A stretch of DNA of 64,000 bases from Microgenomates group bacterium Gr01-1014_5 (GCA_007376395.1 VMGE01000002.1:13118-77117); one strand, 5' to 3'. Positions 49,388 through 58,415 are shown, numbered from the stretch's first letter. Notes: generated by a model not told the origin, from the letters alone. A program made the numbers and translations.

Positions 49388-49825
49388 TTAAAGGATAGTG
49401 CCGCCAGCAGACTCGATCGCGCGACGAGCTTGAGAAGAAACAGGAAGGCTAACTACAAACTTTTTCGTAATCTTTGCGCTTCCCAGTATCTTAACCCCAG
49501 ACCTTACTGCTTCTTTTCCTACAAGTCCGTGCTTTAACAAAGCTTCAACATTGACACTCGCGCCATCAGGTAAAACTTCAAGTCTTGCGACATCTATAAT
49601 TATGCGGCGAGTTTGCAAACTTTTCAATTTTCCTTTTCCGCGCAATAACGGAAGACGCTGAATTAAGGACTTTTTTGTTTTTGTTCCTTCAAAAAGCGGG
49701 TGGATTTTGCGCCTGGTTTTTTGTCCTTTTTGGCCGCGTCCAACAGTATGGCTTCCACGGCCTGAACCCATTCCGCGTCCAACTCTTTTTTTACCTTTGG
49801 TTTTTGATTTAGACAACCGGATCAT
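49388..49825 (-). CDS. rplO: 50S ribosomal protein L15
   Basis: RVGRGMGSG, GRGQKGQ, FEG. Confidence 0.95.
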   Translation of the reverse strand: MIRLSKSKTKGKKRVGRGMGSGRGSHTVGRGQKGQKTRRKIHPLFEGTKTKKSLIQRLPLLRGKGKLKSLQTRRIIIDVARLEVLPDGASVNVEALLKHGLVGKEAVRSGVKILGSAKITKKFVVSLPVSSQARRAIESAGGTIL

Positions 49826-49831
49826 TAGAAT

Positions 49832-50326
49832 TTATTCGCCAGACGGCGAACCTTTCTTATTATATAGCTCAGTAAGTTGTTTCAAAGCTTTAATTGTGGC
49901 ATAAACATTGGATGCTTTGTTGTTTGTACCAAGCATTTTTGCAACAACATCTTTGATTCCTGCCGACTCTAAGACAGCGCGGATTGGCCCGCCTGCTACG
50001 ATACCCGAACCCCGCGGCGCGGGTTTAAGTAAAACTTTAGCAGCTCCTTCTTTAATTAAGATTTGATAAGGGATTGTCGTGCCCTTCATAGAAATAGTGA
50101 TCATGCGTTTCTTAGCATAGCTAATTGCCTTTTGAATACCCGAAACAACATCTGGCGCTTTACCCAAACCTGCGGCTACTCTGCCTTTTTTGTCTCCCAC
50201 AATAACCAACGCGGTGAAACGGATTTGGTTTCCACCTTTAGTCTTTTTTGAAACACGGTTTATCTGCACAACGGTTTCGGTAAACTCCCTTGGCTCTCTT
50301 GTATATTGTTGATTTCTGTTATCCAT
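49832..50326 (-). CDS. rpsE: 30S ribosomal protein S5
   Basis: RVSKKTKGG, LKPAPRGSG. Confidence 0.96.
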   Translation of the reverse strand: MDNRNQQYTREPREFTETVVQINRVSKKTKGGNQIRFTALVIVGDKKGRVAAGLGKAPDVVSGIQKAISYAKKRMITISMKGTTIPYQILIKEGAAKVLLKPAPRGSGIVAGGPIRAVLESAGIKDVVAKMLGTNNKASNVYATIKALKQLTELYNKKGSPSGE

Positions 50327-50339
50327 AGTGTTTAAAAAT

Positions 50340-50669
50340 TTAAAATTCCAACCCTCCCGCTCTCGCACTATCAGCCAGGGCTTTTATTCGCCCGTGATAC
50401 TTACGACCGCCTCTGTCAAAAACAACTTGTTTTACCCCTAGTTTAACTGCACGAACAGCAAGTTCCTCACCGACTTTTTGAGCCGTGGCAACTATTTTGT
50501 TTTTATCTTTTACATCAGCGTCGCGAGCTGCAACCAAAGTACGCCCTTCGGCATCATCAATAATCTGGGCATAGATATGTTTGTTCGACACAAAGACAGT
50601 CAGCCTTGGCCGCGACGACGTCACTCTCAACTTTTTTCTTACTCTCTGTTTTCTTGTTTTTATTTTCAT
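50340..50669 (-). CDS. rplR: 50S ribosomal protein L18
   Basis: [22 protein letters not shown]. Confidence 0.96.
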   Translation of the reverse strand: MKIKTRKQRVRKKLRVTSSRPRLTVFVSNKHIYAQIIDDAEGRTLVAARDADVKDKNKIVATAQKVGEELAVRAVKLGVKQVVFDRGGRKYHGRIKALADSARAGGLEF

Positions 50670-50684
50670 ATATCTTTTATATCT

Positions 50685-51233
50685 TTACGCCGCGGTTGCT
50701 GTCTTGGCTGTTTTACCAGCTTTTCTGCGTACATACTCGTCAATATATTTAATACCTTTACCTTTGTAAGGCTCTGGTGGACGTACGGCTCGAACATTGG
50801 CCGCTACTTGCCCAACTAAATGACGGTCTATCCCGCTAACTATTATTTTGTTCTCTTCAATTGTAAAGACGATTCCGGCAGGCGGATCGATTTTTACCGG
50901 ATGCGAGAAACCAATAGCCAAAACCAAACTATTTCCTTCAAGTCTTGCCCTGTACCCAGTCCCTACTAATTCTAAAGTCTTACTCCAGCCCTCAGAAACT
51001 CCTTTAATTGCATTTTCTAGGATACGGGCTATTGTGCCGTGCAAACTCCTAACCTGCTTTATTTCTTGCTTCCTGCTAACAGATAAAACATCGCCTTCAA
51101 CCTTAATTTCGATGCTACTTGGCAGAGTGTATTCCAGGTCACCTTTTGGACCAGTGACCTTTACAGCCTGTCCTTCGATGTTGATAGAAACTCCGGCTGG
51201 CACTGTTAATGGTTTTTTACCTATTCTTGACAT
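50685..51233 (-). CDS. rplF: 50S ribosomal protein L6
   Basis: MSRIGK, PEPYKGKG. Confidence 0.97.
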   Translation of the reverse strand: MSRIGKKPLTVPAGVSINIEGQAVKVTGPKGDLEYTLPSSIEIKVEGDVLSVSRKQEIKQVRSLHGTIARILENAIKGVSEGWSKTLELVGTGYRARLEGNSLVLAIGFSHPVKIDPPAGIVFTIEENKIIVSGIDRHLVGQVAANVRAVRPPEPYKGKGIKYIDEYVRRKAGKTAKTATAA

Positions 51234-51235
51234 AT

Positions 51236-51619
51236 TTACCAAATCTCCCCTAAGACTTCCCCTCCTAAACCTAATTTCTTTGCTTCTTTGTTCGTCATTA
51301 CCCCGCGCGAGGTGGAAATAATAGAGACACCAGCGCCCCCCAAAGGCCTTGGCAAGTTGTCTGTTTTTCTGTAAATACGCAAACCCGGGCGGGAGATGTT
51401 TCTAATTCCGGTAATTACTGGTCTGCGTCTTTTAAGAGCAATCGTTAACACTAATTGATTATTTGCCCCACGCCCAACTTCTGATAAATATCCTTCACTT
51501 TTTAAAACTTGAGCGACCGCATTTTTGGCTTTAGAATAAGGCGCAACAACCTCAGGCTTTCTGGCCAAAGCCGCGTTCCTCACTCTTGTTAATAAATCTC
51601 CTACAGGATTAGTTACCAT
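51236..51619 (-). CDS. rpsH: 30S ribosomal protein S8
   Basis: [19 protein letters not shown]. Confidence 0.96.
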   Translation of the reverse strand: MVTNPVGDLLTRVRNAALARKPEVVAPYSKAKNAVAQVLKSEGYLSEVGRGANNQLVLTIALKRRRPVITGIRNISRPGLRIYRKTDNLPRPLGGAGVSIISTSRGVMTNKEAKKLGLGGEVLGEIW

Positions 51620-51798
51620 GATGCCTTTCTAACTCCCGGCAATTCTCCTCGAGAAGCAAACTCACGAAAACAAAGTCTGCAAAGTCCAAACTTACGCATA
51701 TAAGCTCTCGGTCTGCCGCAATTTTGACAGCGGTTATGATACCGTACTTTATATTTAAGATTTTTTGTTTCCCTCACAACCTTAGATGTTTTTGCCAT
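51613..51798 (-). CDS. rpsN: 30S ribosomal protein S14 (zinc-binding type Z)
   Basis: [19 protein letters not shown]. Confidence 0.96.
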   Translation of the reverse strand: MAKTSKVVRETKNLKYKVRYHNRCQNCGRPRAYMRKFGLCRLCFREFASRGELPGVRKASW

Positions 51799-51821
51799 AA
51801 TTAAGTTAATTAAACAACTTG

Positions 51822-52370
51822 TTACTTTGTTTCCCCCTTCTCAAACGGCATACCTAATTCTTCAAGTAATCGCTCTGCCTTCTCACGATCGCGGGTACTG
51901 GTGACAATTGTTACTTCAAGCGAACGGACTTTGTTAACCTTTCCTAAATCAATCTCAGGAAAAACAGAGTGTTCTGTCATTCCTAAAGTATAATTTCCAT
52001 TTGTGTCAAAAGATTTTTTGGAAACACCTCGGAAATCTCTTAAACGAGGTAAAACAATATTAAACAATTTTTGTAAAAAGTCGTACATCTTCCTGCCGCG
52101 CAAAGTCACTGCAGCGCCGACAACTTGACCCCGGCGGATTCCAAACCCTGCAATCGATTTACGGGCTTGGCGCAAATTCGGTTTTTGACCTGCAACAAGA
52201 CCAAGCTCTTCAAGAATACTTTTCTGATCCTCTTCAGAATCGCGGGCCGCCCCGATCCCCATATTGATAACCACCTTTTCTACTTTAGGAACAGCCAGAG
52301 AGTTCACCAAACTAAACTCTTCTTTGAGTTTAGGCATTACTTTTTCTTGGTATGTTTGTGCTAGTGACAT
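51822..52370 (-). CDS. rplE: 50S ribosomal protein L5
   Basis: [20 protein letters not shown]. Confidence 0.97.
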   Translation of the reverse strand: MSLAQTYQEKVMPKLKEEFSLVNSLAVPKVEKVVINMGIGAARDSEEDQKSILEELGLVAGQKPNLRQARKSIAGFGIRRGQVVGAAVTLRGRKMYDFLQKLFNIVLPRLRDFRGVSKKSFDTNGNYTLGMTEHSVFPEIDLGKVNKVRSLEVTIVTSTRDREKAERLLEELGMPFEKGETK

Positions 52371-52392
52371 GTTTCTTAGAAAAACCCCACAA

Positions 52393-52719
52393 CTACTTCT
52401 TTCTTACCCCGCTTTCTATTACGGCTTTACATTTCTTACAAATCCTTACTTTTTCACCTCTCTTGTCCACCAAATATCCAACACGGGTAGGTTTTGTACA
52501 CTTTGGACACAAAAGAGCAATACTGGCCGTGAACAAGGGGCGGGAGAATTCTATCATTCCTCCAGGCTTATTACCAAACCCGCGGCGTGCCTTTTTATAG
52601 ACATTGACGCCTTGAACCAAAACTCTATTCTTCACTGGAAAAACGTGATCAACAGTTCCTTTTTGACCTTTGTCTTTTCCTGATGTAACTAAAATTTGAT
52701 CTCCTATATGTAATTTCAT
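52393..52719 (-). CDS. rplX: 50S ribosomal protein L24
   Basis: GKDKG, VQGVN, TRVG. Confidence 0.95.
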   Translation of the reverse strand: MKLHIGDQILVTSGKDKGQKGTVDHVFPVKNRVLVQGVNVYKKARRGFGNKPGGMIEFSRPLFTASIALLCPKCTKPTRVGYLVDKRGEKVRICKKCKAVIESGVRKK

Positions 52720-52732
52720 AATTTTAAATTTA

Positions 52733-53098
52733 TCAAACTACCTCCGGCGCTAATGATGCAATTCGCGAAAATCCAGCTTCTTTAACTTCGCGGGCTATTG
52801 GGCCAAAAATGCGTGTTCCACGGGGATTGTTTTGGGTATCAACAACCACACCCGCGTTTTGGTCAAAACGGACATAGCTTCCGTCTTTGCGCCGGGTTTC
52901 TTTTCTTGTTCTGACAATAACCACCCTTACTTTCTCACTATCTTTGACCTGCCCGTTAGGGTCTGCCCGGTCAACAATGGCCGTCACGATATCGCCTAAA
53001 TGTGCCTTTTTCTTATTAGATCCAGGAATACCGATAACTTTAAAGGCGCGGGCGCCTGAATTATCAGCTGGTACTAAAACCGACCTTAGTTGTATCAT
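52733..53098 (-). CDS. rplN: 50S ribosomal protein L14
   Basis: ADNSGA, GTRIFGP, SLAPEV. Confidence 0.97.
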   Translation of the reverse strand: MIQLRSVLVPADNSGARAFKVIGIPGSNKKKAHLGDIVTAIVDRADPNGQVKDSEKVRVVIVRTRKETRRKDGSYVRFDQNAGVVVDTQNNPRGTRIFGPIAREVKEAGFSRIASLAPEVV

Positions 53099-53111
53099 CC
53101 TTCGGCTTCGC

Positions 53112-53387
53112 TCAGGACAAGTTGCCCTGTTCCTTTCTTTTCATACCTTTCGTACTTCCCGTAGTACCTTTATTAACTATTTTCCAATGTTTGGTCTTTG
53201 AAAAAGGACGAGTGGGCACAAAAGTAACGCTATTTCCCACACTAACGCCAACTTCGTCGTGGACGTGATATTTTTTAGTTCTGCGCATCTTCTTCTCGTA
53301 TAAACGATGACGGAAAATACGCTCGACCTCGACTACCGCCGTGTTTGTTCCTTTAGTGCTTACTACTTTTCCAAAAAGGCTTTTCAT
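53112..53387 (-). CDS. rpsQ: 30S ribosomal protein S17
   Basis: GKVVS, H.LY.K, TRPFSKTK. Confidence 0.94.
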   Translation of the reverse strand: MKSLFGKVVSTKGTNTAVVEVERIFRHRLYEKKMRRTKKYHVHDEVGVSVGNSVTFVPTRPFSKTKHWKIVNKGTTGSTKGMKRKEQGNLS

Positions 53388-53605
53388 CTTTGTTTTTCTG
53401 CTCCTTCTGTCATTTGTATTTGGCGCATAAGTGTCTTGACGCGAGCCAAGTGTATACGCGCTCCTTTTACCAAACGTACATTTTTTAATCTTCCAGTTAC
53501 CAATTCTCCGGATAAACGGGCGAGTTCACCCGACTTTTCTCCAGCTTCTTTTTCTAGCTGCTGGTAAGTTTTACTTTTTAATTCTTTCAGAATTCTGTTT
53601 TGCAT
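53384..53605 (-). CDS. rpmC: 50S ribosomal protein L29
   Basis: Position in the operon; G.LKN, ARVKT. Confidence 0.85.
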   Translation of the reverse strand: MQNRILKELKSKTYQQLEKEAGEKSGELARLSGELVTGRLKNVRLVKGARIHLARVKTLMRQIQMTEGAEKQR

Positions 53606-53606
53606 A

Positions 53607-54011
53607 TTAAACCCTATTTACAATCTTTGTTTCAAAAGGCAATTTTGCTGCAGCCCGAACAAATGCTTCACGCGCAATAGCTTCGCTCGTTCCCGCCAAT
53701 TCAAAAATGATTCTCCCGGGCAAAATTACGGCAACATACTTTGAAACGTCCCCTTTTCCGCCTCCCATACGCACACCCGGCCCGCGGGATGTGACCGGTT
53801 TGTCTGGGAAAACCCTAATCCAAACTTTACCACCCCTAGCTGTAGTATGGGCAATAGCCCTACGCGCAGCTTCAATTTGCTGTGCTGAAAGCCACGCTCT
53901 ACCTAAGCTTTTTAAACCGAATTCCCCAAAGGCAACTTGCGCACCCCGGCTGGCAATGCCCCGCCTTTTTCCTTTAAATTGTTTTCTGTGTTTTTGTCTC
54001 TTAGGCTGCAT
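53607..54011 (-). CDS. rplP: 50S ribosomal protein L16
   Basis: QIEAAR, WIRVFPD, RMGGGKG. Confidence 0.97.
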   Translation of the reverse strand: MQPKRQKHRKQFKGKRRGIASRGAQVAFGEFGLKSLGRAWLSAQQIEAARRAIAHTTARGGKVWIRVFPDKPVTSRGPGVRMGGGKGDVSKYVAVILPGRIIFELAGTSEAIAREAFVRAAAKLPFETKIVNRV

Positions 54012-54660
54012 CTTCCCTCCCTTTATGGATCCAAACCTTTACTCCAACATAACCTCTTTTTAAGAGTGCCGGAGTTTGAAAATAATCAATGTTTGCGCGT
54101 AAACTTTGAGTCGGCATTGATCCTTTTTGATATTTTTCGCGTCTTCCAATATCTGCCCCGCCAATTCTTCCCGATAAGACTACTTTCATCCCCTTGGCGC
54201 CTGCCGCCATGACCCTTTCCAATGCTTTGTTGATTACACGCCTTTGCGGCATACGACGCTCAAGCTCTGAGATAATTCTTTGACACACAAGTTTTGATGC
54301 GAGTTCTGGATTTTTAATTTCTTCCACCACAATCTCAATCTTTGGTGCTTTAGAGTCTCCTGATTTTAATCCTAATTGGCGCAAAACGAACTTTTTTACT
54401 TCTTCTATTCCTTGACCACCCCGACCAATAACTATACCCGGACGGGAAACATGAACCCGCAAAGTGATAGCTCTTGGCAAACGTTCAATTTCAACATTCT
54501 GTATACCCGCCATGTTCAAGCGGTAAAAGAGCATACGCCTTATCCTGATATCTTCAAGCAAGAGTTTTTTATATTCCCCGTTACCCGAAGCAAACCAGCG
54601 CGACTGCCAAGGCATGGTTACGCCTGTTCTGAAACTGATTGGATTAACTTTTTGTCCCAC
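54001..54660 (-). CDS. rpsC: 30S ribosomal protein S3
   Basis: GQKVNP, RPGIVIGRGG, GVKVWI; GTG start. Confidence 0.97.
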   Translation of the reverse strand: MGQKVNPISFRTGVTMPWQSRWFASGNGEYKKLLLEDIRIRRMLFYRLNMAGIQNVEIERLPRAITLRVHVSRPGIVIGRGGQGIEEVKKFVLRQLGLKSGDSKAPKIEIVVEEIKNPELASKLVCQRIISELERRMPQRRVINKALERVMAAGAKGMKVVLSGRIGGADIGRREKYQKGSMPTQSLRANIDYFQTPALLKRGYVGVKVWIHKGREDAA

Positions 54661-55010
54661 CTTTTGCCTCCTTTCTTATTCTCCACTGTCTCTAAAATCA
54701 CCCGGATATGTGCTGTTTTTTTGACAATCGGGTGATATTGACCCTTCGAGGCCGCCATTCCCCTCTTGTAGCGTGGTCCTTCTCCCACCGACAGCTCGCG
54801 AATTACTAAATTGTCTGTAAGTTTTAAGTTATTGCGTGCATTAGCAAGCGCTTGCTTAATCGTTTTTGCTAAAGGCATGGCCGCACGCTTTGGTAAATAC
54901 TCCAAATAGGCAATTGCCCGCTCCGGATCCATTTTGCGTATGCTGTTTGCAACGAAACGCAATTTTGTCGAACTCATTCTGATAAATTTTTGTTCAGCTT
55001 TAATTAACAT
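54618..55010 (-). CDS. rplV: 50S ribosomal protein L22
   Basis: K.RFVA..IR, A.ANA.NN, V.EGP, KKTAHI. Confidence 0.95.
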   Translation of the reverse strand: MLIKAEQKFIRMSSTKLRFVANSIRKMDPERAIAYLEYLPKRAAMPLAKTIKQALANARNNLKLTDNLVIRELSVGEGPRYKRGMAASKGQYHPIVKKTAHIRVILETVENKKGGKRWDKKLIQSVSEQA

Positions 55011-55110
55011 ATAATCTCACTTCGTTCGGATTTCCTCATTTAAACATTTATTCATTTGTTCATTTGTCATTTAAATGGAAAAATGAGCAATTGAGAAAAT
55101 GAAAAAACTT

Positions 55111-55395
55111 TTAAGTTTTTTCTAGCGTTCTCTTCACAACTTGTCCGTGTCCGCGGAAAGTACGGGTAGGCGAAAACTCACCAAGTCTGTGCCCAACCAT
55201 ATCTTCGGTGACAAAAACTTCAATAAAATTCTTGCCATTGTGAACCATAAAACGCGCACCTACAAACTCCGGCGCTATTTGGCTTGCGCGCGACCAGGTC
55301 TTAATCGGCTCATGACTACCGGACGCCGCCTGCGCTGCAATTTTTTTCAATAACTTAGGGTCAACAAAAGGCCCTTTTTTCGTACTTCTTGACAT
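55111..55395 (-). CDS. rpsS: 30S ribosomal protein S19
   Basis: MSRS.KKGPF, TWSR, GH.LGEF.PTR. Confidence 0.97.
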   Translation of the reverse strand: MSRSTKKGPFVDPKLLKKIAAQAASGSHEPIKTWSRASQIAPEFVGARFMVHNGKNFIEVFVTEDMVGHRLGEFSPTRTFRGHGQVVKRTLEKT

Positions 55396-55468
55396 AAAAC
55401 TTGTTTTTAAACTCACGCGCTATCTTGTGTAAGGTGAGTTGAGAGAACCTGTTTGAAACAGGTTCATA
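55392..55468 (-). repeat. About 80-bp two-hairpin dispersed element, copy B
   Basis: Homologous to 26792-26878; its last bases include the rpsS ATG. Confidence 0.8.
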
Positions 55469-55470
55469 AA

Positions 55471-56223
55471 TTAAATCTTACTCCCGTAACCTATTTTCTT
55501 TCTGCTAACAATCAAATGGTTAGAATATTTTTTACGCTTTCTTGTCTTGACGCCGCGTGCTGGCTTACCCCAAGGTGTCTTTGGAGGCATACCTTCTGGG
55601 CTTCTTCCTTCTCCTCCTCCGTGTGGATGGGCGGCAGGATGCATAGCCACACCGCGTACAGTAGGACGGATTCCACGACGTCTGGAAGCCCCAGCTGTAC
55701 GCAAATTTATTTTTGGCACACGCCCTACCTGGCCAATAGTGGCAAAGGCGTCTTTTTTAAAACGTCTAATTTCTCCTGATGGCAATTTAACCAAAACAGC
55801 TGTTTCGTCTTTACCTTGAACAACCGCAAATGATCCAGCACCTCTTACTATTTGTCCGCCCATTCCCGGTCTAATTTCAATATTGTGGATGCTGGTTCCA
55901 ACCGGAATTTGTTCTAAAGGTAGAGCGTTCCCTATTTTAATAGTGGCTGTTGCCCCTGCTTCAACTCGATCATCGACTTTTAAGCCCTCGGGAGCTAAAA
56001 TATAGCGCTTTTCTCCGTCTAAGTAAAACAAGAGAGCAATATTAGCCGTCCTGTTTGGGTCATACTCTATAGATGCAACACGGGCTGCTACTTTTTTGTC
56101 AGAGCGCACAAAATCAATCTCACGCAAAAAACGCTTGTGGCGTCCACCTTGATGCCTGACCGCTATTCTGCCACCAACACCCCGTCCCGACTTATTTGGT
56201 AAAATTTGCATTAATCCATTCAT
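55471..56223 (-). CDS. rplB: 50S ribosomal protein L2 (short N-terminus)
   Basis: IEYDPNR, VRGVAM, HPHGGGEG, TPWG. Confidence 0.97.
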   Translation of the reverse strand: MNGLMQILPNKSGRGVGGRIAVRHQGGRHKRFLREIDFVRSDKKVAARVASIEYDPNRTANIALLFYLDGEKRYILAPEGLKVDDRVEAGATATIKIGNALPLEQIPVGTSIHNIEIRPGMGGQIVRGAGSFAVVQGKDETAVLVKLPSGEIRRFKKDAFATIGQVGRVPKINLRTAGASRRRGIRPTVRGVAMHPAAHPHGGGEGRSPEGMPPKTPWGKPARGVKTRKRKKYSNHLIVSRKKIGYGSKI

Positions 56224-56278
56224 TTTTTATTCTCTCCTTCTTTGATTTCAAAAAGGCTAAATTTTAGCTTGGCGATAA

Positions 56279-56593
56279 TCAAGACTTTTTGTTTCCTTTA
56301 TTTTCTTTGATTTCAAAAAGGCTTATTTTATCTTTCTTGTCCAGCCTTACGATGGCCTGTTTTTTATCTGCTTTTTTTACCGCTCTGCGCGCCTTGCCGG
56401 CTCTTTTTGTTTTTGCCCTTTCTGCCTTGGTGCGAACAGAAACAGCTTTAAAGCCAAATATTCTCTCTAAAGCCAGTTTAATCTGTGTTTTAGTCGCTCT
56501 TGGCGCTACCTGAAACGTATATTCGTTAAAGCTTTCAACTCGCGCTAAAGACTTTTCTGAAATGATTGGTTTTAAATTGATCAACTGGTTCAT
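56279..56593 (-). CDS. rplW: 50S ribosomal protein L23
   Basis: PIISEK, YTF.V...ATK.QIK. Confidence 0.94.
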   Translation of the reverse strand: MNQLINLKPIISEKSLARVESFNEYTFQVAPRATKTQIKLALERIFGFKAVSVRTKAERAKTKRAGKARRAVKKADKKQAIVRLDKKDKISLFEIKENKGNKKS

Positions 56594-57306
56594 TTAATCT
56601 CCTTGCCCTGATTTGTATCGGTTGGCTTTACACGCGCCTCTAAAACTTCCAGCGCGCGCGGCGTAACAATTAGACTGTTTCCCAAAAGAACATGGTAAGC
56701 AGACGCTCTTCCCGCAGTAACTAAGTTTAAATTGGCGATATTGCGGCCTGCCTGCCAAACCTCATTTTCTGTGTAGACCATAGTCAAAGGTTTTTTTAAG
56801 GCCATTTTTTGCAGAGCCAAGGCTATCTTTCCGGTCTTAGCTTCAACCTTATCAAATTCAGCAATAGATACTGATCCGTTTTGCACCCGGGCAGAAAGTG
56901 CCGAAATTAATGCTTTTTTGCGCAAAGTTCTTGGCAAGACAAGATCATAGTTCTCAATTCCGTGCGGCCCATGAGCGATCCCTCCGCCTACAAAGATCGG
57001 TGCAGAACGCGCTCCGTGTCTGGCTCCACCTGTTCCTTTTTGTTTATAAATCTTACGGGTAGAACCTTGTATTTCTCCCCGACCTTTAACCTTGGCATGG
57101 GCACTTCGCTGGTTTGATAAAAATACACGCACCGCTTGGGCCAAGAGAGCGGTATTCGGTTTTTGGCCGAAGAGCGCCTCAGGCAAGCTTACTGTTCCTT
57201 TTTTTTCGCCCGTGACAGAATATGAATCCACAGAAATCCCTTTTTCTTTTGCCCTTGATACTCGTGGTACCTTTGATACTTTTGATACTTTTTTTATTGC
57301 CGCCAT
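56590..57306 (-). CDS. rplD: 50S ribosomal protein L4
   Basis: QKGTGGARHG, GGG.AHGP. Confidence 0.96.
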   Translation of the reverse strand: MAAIKKVSKVSKVPRVSRAKEKGISVDSYSVTGEKKGTVSLPEALFGQKPNTALLAQAVRVFLSNQRSAHAKVKGRGEIQGSTRKIYKQKGTGGARHGARSAPIFVGGGIAHGPHGIENYDLVLPRTLRKKALISALSARVQNGSVSIAEFDKVEAKTGKIALALQKMALKKPLTMVYTENEVWQAGRNIANLNLVTAGRASAYHVLLGNSLIVTPRALEVLEARVKPTDTNQGKEIK

Positions 57307-58154
57307 TATTTGCTTTCCTCCTCTTTTTCCTGGGATACAGGTATTACTGAATCACTACTCTCTGCCTCAGGATCTCCTTCAACAACTGCCTTGTTTACCG
57401 CTTCTTCTTCAGCCTCGGTCTCCATAGCTTTTACCAGCTCTTCTTCTGTGGTATCGCGGGAAAGTAAAGGGGTAAAGTGACGGGCTTGGCCTAGTTTTTC
57501 TATAATTAAAAGTCCGTCGCGGTTTCCCGGAACCGGGCCAGAAAGCCAAAGCACGCCATCAGCCTCAGATTTTAAAACCGTGAGGTTTCTGACTGTTTCT
57601 ACCTCTCCTCCCATGCGCCCTGCCATATGTTTTCCTTTATAGACACGTCCTGGAGTAGTACCTTGGCCAATTGACCCTGGAGCACGATGGCGGTCGCTTT
57701 GGCCGTGGGTTTTTGGACCTCCGTGAAAGCCCCAACGTTTGACTCCGCCGGCAAAACCTTTTCCTTTAGAAATACCTGTCACTTTAACCAAATCTCCCGG
57801 CTGGAATACTTCTGCCGGGTTTATTTGTGTACCTACTTCATAAGCTTCTTCTGTTTTCACTTCTCTTAAGTATCTTGGGTACGTGTTCTTTTGTTCTTCT
57901 GTTTTTTGGTTTTTTGCTTGTGCCTCCGAAGCTTTTAGCGAAGGGGCAAAGTGTCCTTGGAGTTGTTTAGAAGTGTGCTTGGCTTTTTTAGTACCGATTC
58001 CAAGTTGAAGTGCTGTATAACCGTCTTTTTCAAGTGTTTTTACTTGGGTCACAACATTACCGACAGTTTTGACCACGGTTACAGGAACCCTGTGCCCGGT
58101 TTGGGTAAAGGATTGCTCCATGTGCGATTTAGTGCCAAGTAATGCGTTAATCAT
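57306..58154 (-). CDS. rplC: 50S ribosomal protein L3 with acidic C-terminal tail
   Basis: DGY.A.Q, SKGKGF.G..KRW, HRAPGSIG. Confidence 0.97.
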   Translation of the reverse strand: MINALLGTKSHMEQSFTQTGHRVPVTVVKTVGNVVTQVKTLEKDGYTALQLGIGTKKAKHTSKQLQGHFAPSLKASEAQAKNQKTEEQKNTYPRYLREVKTEEAYEVGTQINPAEVFQPGDLVKVTGISKGKGFAGGVKRWGFHGGPKTHGQSDRHRAPGSIGQGTTPGRVYKGKHMAGRMGGEVETVRNLTVLKSEADGVLWLSGPVPGNRDGLLIIEKLGQARHFTPLLSRDTTEEELVKAMETEAEEEAVNKAVVEGDPEAESSDSVIPVSQEKEEESK

Positions 58155-58176
58155 ATGTTTAAATGTGTTACAGACG

Positions 58177-58204
58177 AAAAAAGCACCTACACAGGTGCTC
58201 TTTA
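58177..58204 (-). terminator. Terminator-like hairpin in the rplC leader (possible attenuator)
   Basis: agcacct-gtgt-aggtgct-ttttt about 22 nt before the rplC ATG. Confidence 0.55.
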
Positions 58205-58302
58205 CCTTTTGGTTTACTCAAGTTTACCCTGAGCTTGCCGAAGGGCCCCTCGTAGGATCATTTACGCCGGAAGTCTAGTTAATACCTCCACTTCTGGCTA
58301 AT

Positions 58303-58331
58303 AGTATATCAAATTGCCTCCAGGCTTGCAA
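58303..58331 (-). promoter_or_regulatory. Sigma70 promoter of the rplC operon
   Basis: TTGCAA-17 nt-TATACT. Confidence 0.7.
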
Positions 58332-58352
58332 CCTAAACCAAAGCTCGGCTTG

Positions 58353-58415
58353 ACCCCGTTAGAAGTTCGATGTCCTTGAAACGTTGGCAAACAACTATTT
58401 TACTTCTAACGGGGT
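58353..58415. repeat. MITE-like element with 14-bp inverted repeats
   Basis: accccgttagaagt ... acttctaacggggt. Confidence 0.8.

Noticed and set aside
49826-49831. Absence of rpmD (L30) between rpsE and rplO
   Set aside because: The absence is real but is an established CPR trait, so it was used only as a taxonomic clue.
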